Assembly: GCA_021613535.1 (NCBI GenBank)
Contig: CP075495.1
Coordinates: 6,758,001-6,822,000, forward strand
Direction of reading: 5' to 3'
Origin: Adineta vaga
Lineage: Eukaryota; Animalia; Rotifera
Length of the DNA: 64,000 bases
Positions 12,972 through 25,776 of the stretch are shown here, in pieces. Both the position numbers and the translations under genes were made by a program. The notes beneath the pieces were generated by a model, which worked only from the letters and a program-made list of their open reading frames with translations, made no database searches and was not told the DNA's origin. How positions within the stretch are numbered: the stretch's first letter is position 1; every line of letters begins with the position of its first letter.

Positions 12972-14712
12972 ATGTCTTCGAAAGCTGTCACTAGTGCCAC
13001 AACTGATGAACCATTCACAATTGTACTTATTTCTGCAATACCGAAATCATTTCGTTCATCTGATTTAAGAAATTTCTTTTCATTATTTGTTGAAACACAA
13101 GCTTTTCGATGCTTCCATTTTCGTCATCGACCAATGCCACCATCATCAGCAAATGCTGTGAGTGTATCTCAAATGTGTTTTGTACAAGTTTATAATAAAC
13201 GTTTAAATGAGTTCATGCGTCTTTATCATCGAAAACATTGGATTAATTTAAAAGGCAATTATCTATCAACGCTCTGTCTTATTAGTAAAGTAACAAACGA
13301 AGATAATGGTAGGTAGATTATGATAAAAGAGACACTGTTATACTGTTTTTATTTTATTTTAAGATCCTTCGATAACGAATAATTTAATTGAATTAAAACC
13401 TCCAAAACAGCTCTATCCTCAAGGTAATGTTGGAACACCTACTTCTTATTTTCTCAATGAAATTAATGCATGTCGATTACCATCAACAATTATTAGTAAG
13501 GATTGATATCTTTTGAATGCCAGAAAAGCAATTATTTTATATTTTTATTTAGAAAAACTAGGACTTGTATTTCCAAAATGTCGATCGAAACGAAAATATG
13601 GATGTGTTGGTTTTGATTATGGTACCATTGTTGAACAAGATGACGATGATAGTGACGAAGAAAGGGAGAAAAAAGAGAGCGTTGATGATATGGAATTAAA
13701 AACTGGTCAAGGTCATGAAATTCTTTCGGAACAGGATAAAGTTACACTTGATAAGTTAAATCAACAGTCGGTAAGAGAAATTCTCGTTAAGTTTCGTACT
13801 CTACGCATGTAAGTTTAATTTTTAGGAAGAAGCTGAACGTAAAGAAGATGATATTACAACATCGGCGGAAGATAAGCGACTTGATGAAGAAGAAGATGAA
13901 CTTGAAGAATGGGATCGACATGAAGCTCAATATGATGATGTAACAAAACAAGATCGAACATCACCTTATTTTTTCGAACATAAAATTGAATTGAAATGGG
14001 AGAAAGGTGGTAGTGGTTTAGTATTTTATACAGATGATGTATTTTGGAAAGAACACGAAGGTCGAGACTTTGATAATTTGGATATGGCTGATGATATAGA
14101 TATTGATATGCGTATATATCATGAAAGCGCAGGTAGGTTTGAAGAAAAAAAAGATTAATTCTCATTGAATTTATATAATTTTGATATGATAGGATCGGCC
14201 GATCGAGATGGAAATGAATTACAAAGTATACGTCGAGAAGAAGATCTTCGTCAAGGTCGTATATCAAATGAAACTGATTCAGAACATAAACGAATTGGTG
14301 TTTTCGAAAAACATACAAAGGTAACTTTTTTCTTCGATATTTTTATAGTTTTTATTATGAAATAATCGAATTCAAGGGTATTGGACGTCGACTATTGGAA
14401 CGCTCCGGATGGCGTGATGGTCAAGGCCTTGGATCTTCGGTGATGGGTATGGCAGAAGCATTGACTGCTGATGGTGGAAAGTTATCAGTAAAAGACAAAA
14501 CCGGTCTAGGGTATACAGGCGAGAAGATAGAACGAAATCCATACAAACGAATGACTACGTCTAGTAGTAATCAACAACAAGATGTACGTATCACAACAGC
14601 GTATGATAATACAGAAGAAACTGATCCAGCAGAAGCACATGATCGTCGATGGGATCCGACGCGAAATAAAAATCGTTCGCGTCATATTAAGAATGTTTTC
14701 ATGAAACCATAA
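12972..14712 (+). CDS. GPATCH3: G-patch domain-containing protein 3 (6 exons)
   Basis: FRSSDLRNFFS..FRCFHFRHRP, PQGNVGTP, EEWDRHEA, KWEKGGSGLVFYTD and a C-terminal G-patch (FEKHTKGIGRRLLERSGWRDGQGLG); exons join in frame. Confidence 0.9.
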
Positions 14713-15126
14713 ATATTATCAAATTTTTTGTAATAAATTTTATATACAAGATTATCTATTCTCATAATATTCTACAGTTGATAAAGATCATTCAAAAAGT
14801 TTTCTCCTAATCTTTCTAACTGAGTCAATCATTATGTTAAGAAATACTTTATTTTTATATGAAAACGTCTGCGAAATTATATAAATCATCTAGATCTTAC
14901 TTTATGTACACGCAAAAAAAAAGATTACATGAAGTCAACTGTTTCTTTGTTAAACAATCATCCGCAAATGACAAACGAAAAAGAAAGAAAATATACAAAT
15001 TTTGTCTTCTCTGTTCTCTTTTAACATTCTCAACTTTGTATGATAAGAAACGACAAAATGCGCATGTTAAATTAGATGTAAATGAACAAAAGAAAAACTT
15101 CACCGGCGATAACAGTATACATATGA

Positions 15127-16112
15127 TCATTGGGATGTTGTTACTACAGATGGAGATCGTTTATACTTGAGCAAATCGAATAGACGACTTGTTAAACGAA
15201 TGCATCCAGCAAAAATATTCAGTGGTACAATAGCTGTTTGTGATGGTTGTAATTTAATACGTTCATTAAAATTGACGGATGTTGCAGCAACAATAGCAAA
15301 TGGAAATAAAATCGAAAAGATACATTCATTAACAATAATTGATTTAAAAAGTTGCGTTGAAAGAATTGTTAATGGAAGGCCAAAACCAAGAAAATATGGC
15401 CAATATAATTCAATACGTTCAATACGTTGTTTAACACTTAAATTGGCATATATCCATGCATATTCGAATGCATAAAATGAATAGAGTAAACAAAGACACA
15501 TATTACCAATGATTGTGTTCAGAATTGGAATTGGTATAAGTAATACCAATGTTGATTGAACGAGAAAGAATATTTGCATTACTATACTAAATAAAACATC
15601 ACTAATAGAACGTGCAAGTGATAATGCCGGTAAAGGACGATTATTTTTTGTTAATTTCTTAAAGACAACATCAGCAATATCACGAAACCAATATGAATTC
15701 ACAAATTTCGATATAATAAATGCTGGTATGAGCCATAAAGAATTGAATGTGTAAGTTAATATATGTTGAATGATTAATAATGGTCGAGATGTTGATGAGG
15801 AATCTAATCCAGCTAATGTATAGAATAATCGACGAAAGATAGGTAAGAAAAGATAATTAAAACAAAGCATGCCACTAGAAGTATTCCACCATTGAATAAA
15901 CATAAAAGTGCTAAATTTGATTTAACACGTTTTGTATCCGATGTTGAAGATTGTTTCGGTTTTGGTTGATGTGGATGCAATTTCGTAGATTGTTTCTCCG
16001 ATGGTTTCTTACTGAAATCATCATCAATTGTTAATACATTGAATGAATTTCGAACAGAATCATATAGACCTCGACGAAATAAATCAATATAGGATGAAAG
16101 ACGAGAAGTCAT
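15127..16112 (-). CDS. EI24: EI24 autophagy-associated transmembrane protein, intronless, with one apparent 1-nt frameshift near 15860
   Basis: CLFNGG..., LWLIPAFIISKFVNSYWFRDIAD, ISDVLFS, LLYSFYAFEYAW, WPYFLGFGLPL, IFSILFP; N- and C-terminal ORFs join if one T is added to the T-run at 15859-15862. Confidence 0.88.
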
Positions 16113-16631
16113 ATCTAAAACTAAATACACTATTCAACAATCTAGAATCATCAGCGAAATAGTTCTATTATATATCAGATATATAGCCCACGTATAATGT
16201 CACTGGTTACTTGCTATTATTTAATGGATAAGTCTCGTGCCTAGGTTATATGATATCATATGATATGACTTCATGACAAATATTCTACTAAAATCGAAGG
16301 ATATGTACTATTTGTAAAAGAAATATGTATGACATTGAAAAATGAAGTAAAGAAATGTAAATTAGATTTTAGTTGAAAATTTCCAATAGATATAATATCC
16401 ATTCATTATCTCAAAGAATAATAGTAAGGTAACGTGGTAGATATAGATGTATAAAGTAGATTCGCATTTGATTAGCTATTGGTTGTTATTTAGCTCCAAT
16501 TAAAATCTTTAATACATTCTACTTTTTATTCTTATATATATATATGAAAGAAATGATTTTAATTGATGATTTATCTATGGAATAAAATTTTCTAAAATGA
16601 AATAAACATTTCAACGACGAGTGACCTCTTC

Positions 16632-16647
16632 GTAACTATCTAGCAAC
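16632..16647 (+). promoter_or_regulatory. RFX X-box-like element upstream of CFAP65
   Basis: GTAACTATCTAGCAAC ~80 nt upstream of the ATG of a ciliary gene; good TAGCAAC half-site but non-canonical spacing. Confidence 0.3.
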
Positions 16648-16728
16648 ATGGTTGTTACAAGTAATAAAGAATCTGTGACAACCAAACGAAGAGATTTTGC
16701 TTTCTAACAAATCATAGAACGAGACAAA

Positions 16729-19700
16729 ATGCCTGGTCTTATTCGTTTGAAACAATCAGGACTTGCTCCATTAGAATCGAACAATGGAGTTACACAGAGT
16801 CTTATCTATCGAGATTCCAATGCACGAGTAACATGGGATGGTATTGAAACATATAAACGATGTCTCTATCGTAATTGGATACCAGGTGAAGAATATACAG
16901 AAGTTTTAACGTTTAAAAATTTATCTGGAAAAAATGTGACATTCACATATGAAGTACCTAAAACACAATATTTTCAAACAATTTATCCTCGACGTTTAAC
17001 ATTAAGTCAAGGTATATAGATAAATACGTTGTTTTTCTTCAAATGTTTTTCATTATATTAATTTAATTATAGGTGTGACATTTAGTTTACCAATTCAATT
17101 TAGTCCTTTAGAAAAAATTCCATATGTTGATGAACTTGTTGTTTATATTAATCAAATACCACGTCGTATAACTCTTGCTGGTCTTCTACCACAATATCGT
17201 TTAAGTGTTGAACCTAAAGAAATTAATTTTGGTTATTGTGCTGTTCAAGATATACAATCTCGTTCATTTAAATTACGTAATACAGGTGATTTAGAAACAA
17301 ATATCGAATGGAATTCAAATGAACCATTTACTATTGAACCACGTGAATGTATTTTGTCTGTCGGTGGTATACAAACATTTACCTGTACATTTCAACCACA
17401 ATGGGCATTGATTTATGTCGGTACAGCAACGTGTATCTATGGAAATCAATCTGTATGTGAATTACGTCTACATGGAACTGGAAAATTTCCACATATTGTT
17501 GTACAATCGGATGATGGAGCTTGTGATCAAAATAGTGGGAATGTTTTAGTACGTTTTGGAGATATGCCAATGAATGGTTCATTAAAACGCGAATTAATTC
17601 TTATTAATCAATCAGCATTTCGTGTACCTTTTCGAATTGAATCATTACCAGGTGTAGCTAAATTTGATACAGCTTTTCGTTTTAATAGAATGGAAGGAAT
17701 AGTAGAAGCAGGAAAACGACAAACAATTGCTGTTAAATTTCAACCAAGAGCATGTGAACAAAGTTATAAAGATTATTTCAATATTAATACTCAACACGGA
17801 AATCTTATAGCAGCTGTTGTAGAATGCAGTGGTCATGCAATAGAAAACTATATTCAAATTAATCATCAAAAAATTATTTTTGGACAAGTGTTAACGGTAA
17901 GATATGATAAAAAAAACTTCTTTTTTTGCTCCAAGTAAAGTATACCTAATCGATGCAAATAGAGTTTATAAAACACAGTAGTTTGTTTAACTAAATAATT
18001 ATCGAGAAGAAACAATTAATCGGATAGATAATATCATTTGATCAAATATTGAAAACTATTCTAGAACAGTAAATCAAGTCGTATCATCGAAATCTTCAAT
18101 GAAAAAGGCAGAACTCCGGCACGTTTTCAAATCTATACATCTTCTGATAGTCCATTTCAATTTTCTGTTCAAAATGGTTTGTTACCTGGTGATGGAACAA
18201 AACAAACAATTATCGTTACATTTGTTCCTGTTCATCCAATGGGTTATTATAAAGTTGTTCCAATTCTTATTGAATATCAATCACCCATTCTTCTCGAACT
18301 GATTGGTACATGTCATTCTGATACAGGCAAACCACCCGTATTAAATGATCGTTATCTCTCAAATTTTAAACGACATGTTTCACGTCATTTAGCATTGTAT
18401 CCATTTGAAATGCTTGGCGATTATTTACAGCGAGGAAAATTAACTTCCGATGAATATGGTTCACTTGTCGAAGTATCTGATTCACCTTTAAGTAATGATA
18501 GTAAAGCAATAAAAGATGAACGTGAATATCTTCTTCCACCATTTCCGAATCCATTAAAAGATAATTATTTCTATTGGTTTTCTCATGAAGATAATACAAG
18601 ATTTGAATATGTAACGTTAAGTGAAACATGTTTCTTATTTGATCATTGTATATTAGATACAACAAATGAATGGCAACAAAGTTTGACAGTTACTAATATA
18701 ACTCGAGGAAAATTAACGTTAGTATGGCTTCCAACAGATGCAACAACTTTTTCGATATTACCAGTCGAAGCAGAAATTTTACCATTAAAATCTACGGCAT
18801 TTCGAATTATATTTCGACCAACAGTGATAGATACATTCTATACAAAACATTTCGAAGGTTATGTTTCATATAAAAATCAACGTGATTTTACACTTGTACC
18901 TGATTATGGTATTTCATTACCTGTACAATTAGATATTGCTTGTATTGGTAATACATTACGAATGAATCATGAAGTTGTTCCATCATATCAATTCGATCGT
19001 GATATTATTATCTTTCCACCCATTGGTGAACAAACATCAAATTATCAAACATTAACACTAACAAATAATGGTACAACACCATTAATTTATCGTTTTCTTT
19101 CGACAAATGATGATAGTACAAGTCAATTTACATTTAAACCATGCAATGGTTTTATTAAACAAGGTGACTATACGATAATCATTGTTCGTTATAAACCCAA
19201 TCATTCCAATATAAATACTGATATTCATCAAGAACGTATAATAGTACGTTTGAATGAACGTGAAAAATTCGATAAAATTTTACATGTTTTTGCTACACAA
19301 GAAAAAGCTCGATTATCAATACCGAATAATGGTCAAATTCATGCTTTAACAACATGTGTTGGTTTAAGTTCTGAAACACATATTCAATTAAAATCATTAA
19401 CTCGTTCTCCATTAGAATTTAATTGGACGTTAGATAAAAATATTCCATTCATACGTATTGAGCCATCAAGTGGAACTTTTAATCCATACGAAGAAAAAGA
19501 TTTTCTTGTCACATATTCACCAACAGAAGAAGGAAAAACTGCAATGGCTGCTAAATTAACTTGTTGGGTGGGTGATCGAATAAAACAAGGTGCTGAAAAT
19601 TATCATATTACTATTCATGCATCGACACGTGAAGGCTTTCTTCGTGCTAGTGAGACACATCATGATATTGGTCCAGTTGAATTAGGTACATCAACTACTT

Positions 19701-22668
19701 ATGATCTGTACTTTACAAATGGTGGTGATTGTTTACTTCGATATCGTCTTTCGATTAAACAATCAATATTAAATAATACGAATAATAATAATAAATCAAC
19801 TGATGAAGAAGAAGAAGAAATGCCTATATTAGAATTTCTTTCGAATCAAGATAGACAAGGTGAAATCGATGGTAAAGCAAAAGTTTGTATACCATGTCGT
19901 ATTCATCCATTTAGTCGTTCAAATTATCAACTTGACTTCTACTATGATTTATTAGATGATAATAATCAAAATTTAAATGAACATAGTCATCATTTATGTA
20001 CATTAACTGTACATGGTGTGTATCCACATTTAGCATTCATTGATATTCTTGGTTCACAACAAGCAGCAACATTAAGCAAAGGTCTCCTATCACAAGCATT
20101 TAATTTAACAAAAATCAATGCTCTTTTAGCAAAAGAACCAACAGCGGAAGAATTAACCTATGCAATTAATTCTCATAATGAAAATATTACTGATTTAACA
20201 AAGAAAAAGAAATTAAATAGTGAAATAACACCAATACCACCTGATGATCAACCTGAAGCAATTACATTCAATTTTAATGCAGCACCTATTGACTCACCGC
20301 CATCAGAAGTTCATTTATTATTAGAAAATTGTAGTGATCTCGATACAACATGGACATTTCTTTTTCCAAAAGATCTTCAATGTGAATTAGAATATTGGTC
20401 ACGAACAGGAGAATTTTCTGAAGAAGAATTAAATGATATGAAATTACAGGATAATAAAATCTTTAATATTACACCGAGAAAAGGTTTTCTAAAGAAAGGT
20501 TCAAATGTTACTGTAACAATTTCCTATAAGCATATCTTTTCTGGTCAACATACATTACCAGCTATATTTAAAGTTGGAAGAAGTCGAAAAATTATGTTGA
20601 ATCTTGTTGGAATAAGTGTAGAACCTGAAGAAGTTTATATTCAATTTTATTCCACTCTACATCATTTATTACCTGTTGAATTGGGTGCACAAGGAGCACC
20701 TGTACAACAATATGAATTATACAATGGTGGTACAATACCCATTCATTTTCAGGTATGAATACTAGTCAGATGCGAATGGATCTTATTATAATTCTAATGA
20801 ATCTATGGCGTGTAATATCTTTCGTATTTTATAGGTTGATATGAGCCAATTAGAACAAGTATCTATTGCTAATTATGGTTTTTGGGTTCTCGATTGTCTT
20901 ACTCCAGAAGGTATCATCGCTCCAAATAAAAGTTTCATAACTCAATGGGTATTCAATCCACTTGAAGCACGTGAATATACATTTAATATCAAGATTGATT
21001 TGGAAAATTGTGATCCAGCATTAATTACATTTATTGGCCATGGTTTTGATAAACGTAATATACCAGTTGATATTGCCAAATCTTTAACAACTCATCTTGA
21101 AACAACAAAACAATTGAATTTAAACGAACGTTTAGCATCATTAACAGCAGATCGTATGAATTTTGGTAATCTACCATTATTTACGAAACAACGTCATGTT
21201 ACATTCTTGAAAAATCAATCGAATAAAGATGCTATTTCATTTATTTGGCATGTCACGAATCCTGAACAAGTTCGACATATACGAATTCAACCAGGTTTGT
21301 TTTGTTTTCTGTTCTCTTTTTATATCAATTCATAATCTTTTTTATGAATAGTTCGTGGAAAAATTCAACCTCGACAATCATTACCAATCAAAGTTACATT
21401 TATGGCGATTGAAGCACCTGCTTTTCATGATATTGATCTTGTTTGCGAAATATACAATGAAACAACACTTGAACAATACAATCTTGATGTGAAAAAATGG
21501 GAACGTAATATTCAACAAAGATGGGAACATTTTGAAATCGACGATGAAGAATATGAACGATGTTTACGTAGTGGCGTCATTAATGAGAATGAAAAACCAT
21601 TACCAGTCAAAAGTCGTTCATTACAAGGTTCAACATTAGAAATGTGTCAAACATTACCACCCGTTGTTGTTAATCATGAGCTCGAAGAAACGAATATTGA
21701 TCGTGTAAGACGTCAACGTTCACTTACGAAAAAACAAATGAATACAAGACCACAGATGCCTGCACCAGAATTATTACATTTAGCTTTCACAGCACGTACT
21801 TTAGTTTATAATGAATATGTTGATCTATGTAATGATACAAGTCAATTAGAGAAATTCTTTATTGATACATGTTTAGGTAAGAAAAAAAAATCATTTCTAA
21901 TATGAGTTTGTTTCGATTTTATCAATCGATTTTTTTCTAGGTGGTGATTATCGAAATGTAAATCCTAAGAAACGTTCGAAACCAATTGAAAGAAACAATG
22001 ATGGAAATAATCAATCCGATGATAATAATAACGATGATGATGATAGATTATTAGTCAAAGGTGAAGAAGCTGATTTACTTCGTACAACATTATCTGATCT
22101 TTTACGAAATCTTTTATGTGATCGTGTTTTTGCTGATACTTTACCTGAAATGATAGCTGAATCAATTCCTTTCTTTGCACAATTACAATACACACCATCA
22201 TCGAAAACAAACAACGAACAACGACTAAATAGTGGATCATCAAAAGATTATGTCAATGTTGTCGAAGGTGAACAAAGTCTAGTTTGGTCAAGTGTTGATC
22301 AAGAAAATACATCCATGCATACAAAAACAATCCAATCCAATGTACACCAACATCCAAAATCTATTCTTTCAGTATCATCATCATTATCTGATTTCGAACA
22401 CAAACAAACGATGGTTGTATCTGAACATGTATCTAGTAATCCTAATATGACATCATTAACAGAAGATATCTTAGAAAATACGCTATGGAATATCTTACAG
22501 GAAGCATATCATGATGAATTTAGTTTAACAGCTCGACCACGTTTAATTGCTTTACCACCAAAACGTCAATCTCCTTTAATACCACAAGTTCATATTCAAC
22601 AACCTGATTCTAATCAATCAAGTTTTATGGCACCACCTCCTCTCATTATGACAGAATGTTTTGATTAA
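16729..22668 (+). CDS. CFAP65: Cilia- and flagella-associated protein 65 (CCDC108), 6 exons
   Basis: N-terminal WxPGEE..LTFKN..Y..PKT.YF.T..P...LS.G....LP..F.P; repeated Ig-like/ASH segments; C-terminal ILENTLWNILQEA...LTARPRLIALPP; exons ~16729-17011, 17073-17896, 18065-20752, 20835-21294, 21351-21876, 21941-22668. Confidence 0.88.
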
Positions 22669-22848
22669 CAGTGATTGTATTTAGCAACGTTGGTTTTCTT
22701 TTTCTATTCATAATAATAATAACAATATTATTTTTTTTCTTTTCTGCTTTAAATAAAAAATAAAAGAAAAATCGTATTGGAATTGATTCATTTCATCAAC
22801 TATACACTCATTACAAATAATCAGTAGAATAACAAATATTATTAAAAA

Positions 22849-24355
22849 TCAAAACATTCGAAATTCTTCTTCATGTAGATTATGTCTTGACACACGAATT
22901 GGTTCTTCTGCTTGATTAAGTGATGAGGGATCTAATGGATCTTTTTTCGCTGGTTTATCTAATTGATACAAGAAAAAACATATACTCATGTCGATTCTTT
23001 CGATAATACATTTACATGGTATACTATTTGGATTTTCTGTTTGATGATAGATTTTAACAAAATTAATACTATCAAAAAACGGATGATTTTGTATATCTTT
23101 ATTTCCATTTGCCATACATCCAAGTCGTGTTGTAACATCAATAACAAGAATTTTTTTTATCAGATCAGTTAATTCATTTGAAAATGATGACGGACATGTA
23201 TAACGTTGATTAACAATAGCTCTTTTGTTTTCGACATATATATATATATATATTTCATTTTAAAGAGCAAAAGAAAAACATATATCCAGACATACTCATA
23301 TAATTGAATATGATCTTTGCCGGAAAATGGTGGTTGACCAGCAGCCATTTCAAAACATAAAACAGCAAATGTCCACCTACGATTAAATAATCGAAGAATC
23401 AAGTTTATTTTCTTCCATTTTACAAACCAATCAACAGATTTTCCATAACCTTTATGTTTAATAATTTCCGGCTATAGAAAACAAATTAACAATTCTAAAT
23501 TTTTTATCATCATTGTTAATTTACTGGTAGATAATCCGGTGTACCACATAATGTATATGTTCTGCCGGTAACATGTTTTGCAAAACCAAAATCTGTCACT
23601 TTCAAATAACCATTTTCTGCTATTAAAATATTTTCTGGTCTAAATTATCAGACAAATCAACGGAACTGTATCTACAAATGTTAGAACAAACTTACTTCAA
23701 ATCGCGATATCTAACAGAAATAAAACATCTTTTCTCTTTCAATATTTTAAAATGAACTTACAACACATCAAAATGATGTAAATATTCGAAGACAAGAAAT
23801 ATTTGAGCTGCATAAAATTTCACATGTTTTTCATTAAATTTTCCTGTATGTCTTAAATAAGTAAATAAATCACCACCTAAAGCAAAATATTCACAATTTT
23901 TCTGCACAACAAAAAAAACAAATTCAATCATCTTTACCACTAATATATTCCAAAGATAAGTAGAAAAATGAATTATCTTTAAATGAAAAGAAATATCGAA
24001 CTGTATTCGGATGTTGTAAAGCATATAACACTCGACGTTCATTTAATGTATGATCAATTTGTTTATAACGAATTAATTTTCGTTTATCCATGACTTTTAT
24101 TGCATAAAATTTATTACTCTCCATTTTATTGTGATTCTCATTTTTTAATAGAGCTAGGACAACTCGACCAAATGAACCTCGACCAAGTGTACGTATCAAT
24201 TGAAATTTATCTAATGTTATCGTTGCATCACATGGTGATACACGAGACCAACGTTGTTTGAAATGATCTATTAATTCGACATCTTCATTTGTATTTGCAT
24301 AGGAAATATATTGATAAAGTTCATTTTTAGCACCACGAATTAATGATGATGACAT
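22849..24355 (-). CDS. cAMP-dependent protein kinase catalytic subunit-like kinase (divergent), 8 exons
   Basis: [72 protein letters not shown]-terminal FRMF* (FxxF) reconstructed across 7 short introns. Confidence 0.88.
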
Positions 24356-25776
24356 TCGAGAATATATTTTATTCGAAAAAATGCTTTATGGAATGATCGT
24401 ATCATTCATCAATATTAAAGAAAAACATGAAATTATTCGAATCAATTTCGTAGATATAACGCGCCTTTTAGATATTATTTGATTGATCAATGTTTAGATG
24501 TACTTGAAAAAGTTTCAATCCATACAAAATGATTTAAGAAAAGACTCGCTCCAGCTCTTGAAATAGTTAAGCACTTTGAGCAAAATGAGTGTCTTTGTAT
24601 GATAAAATAAATAGTTGCGTGTTCAATGTTTATTTGATTCAATCTTTTTGAATCAGAACCTTTTTTTTGACACAAGCTTATATTGACAATTAGATTGAAC
24701 TTGATGAAGAAATAACATTCTTAAGAGAATGGAAGCTCAACGCCAAGAATTTGGACTAACGAAACAAAAATGAACAATTTTTTTTTCATTAGTAGAAAAA
24801 AAAGTAGGTGAAAATCATAGAATTCATTATAAAGAATCTTTACGAACAAAATCTAGAAACCTGTTATACAAATTATTTTATCAAAGAATTCTTATCAAAT
24901 CGAAAGAAAAATCTAACGAACAGATGAACAACCTTCACATTCTTCTCACTATTTGTCAAGTGAAGCCGAATAAAGTTACTTAATCTGATTGATTCACTAT
25001 TGGCACAGTTCAATTCAAAAATGATTTCTCACTGTACGTCTTAGATTTTCTAAGATTTCTTTTCATGCATCAATCCTCTATCAAAACCTATTTCTCTTTA
25101 CACCAGTCCTTCTAGAAATACTTTCAATTACTAATAGCAACTTTTTTTTCATCTTTTGATATGTTCATTTTTTTTATCTCCTATTAAAAAGATCCTTACA
25201 TTTTCTGTTCTCACTTCTTTTTCTCTAACACTAATTTGGCTTTTTTTTCGTATTTCAATGGCAACGTACAACATGTCAGAGTTTCAAATTTCTTTTCAAC
25301 ATTCGCAATTTCAATCAGCAAGTACATTCACAATGGGGTTTTTTCTTGTCCTACCATTCTATTTAATAAAACGTAATTCATTATTTATAACAATGACTCA
25401 AATAATCTTCCATAATACTTTGTTTTGATTGATGCTTAAAAGAAACTAACGATAATGATGTGTTGCTAAAGAAATAATAAGATATATTTCTTGGAAAGAA
25501 AAACGACGAAAGATATCTTCTCTTTTCATTTCTTTCCTTCTCAATAGATCAGAATACAATCAGTCCAATTTCTCATATTATACACCCACAAGTCTTCTGC
25601 TTCCATAGTAAAACGAACAACAGTTACAAATCAAGTGCTATGATCAGTTTACGTTTTGTTAGACCAAAATCAGAATGAAAGAATAAGAAAAAGAATCGAA
25701 AAGGTAGCAATAACATTATTAACAATAGGTTAAGACGTTTATTGAAAGAGACAATAGAAAAAGAAAACAGTTCGTA

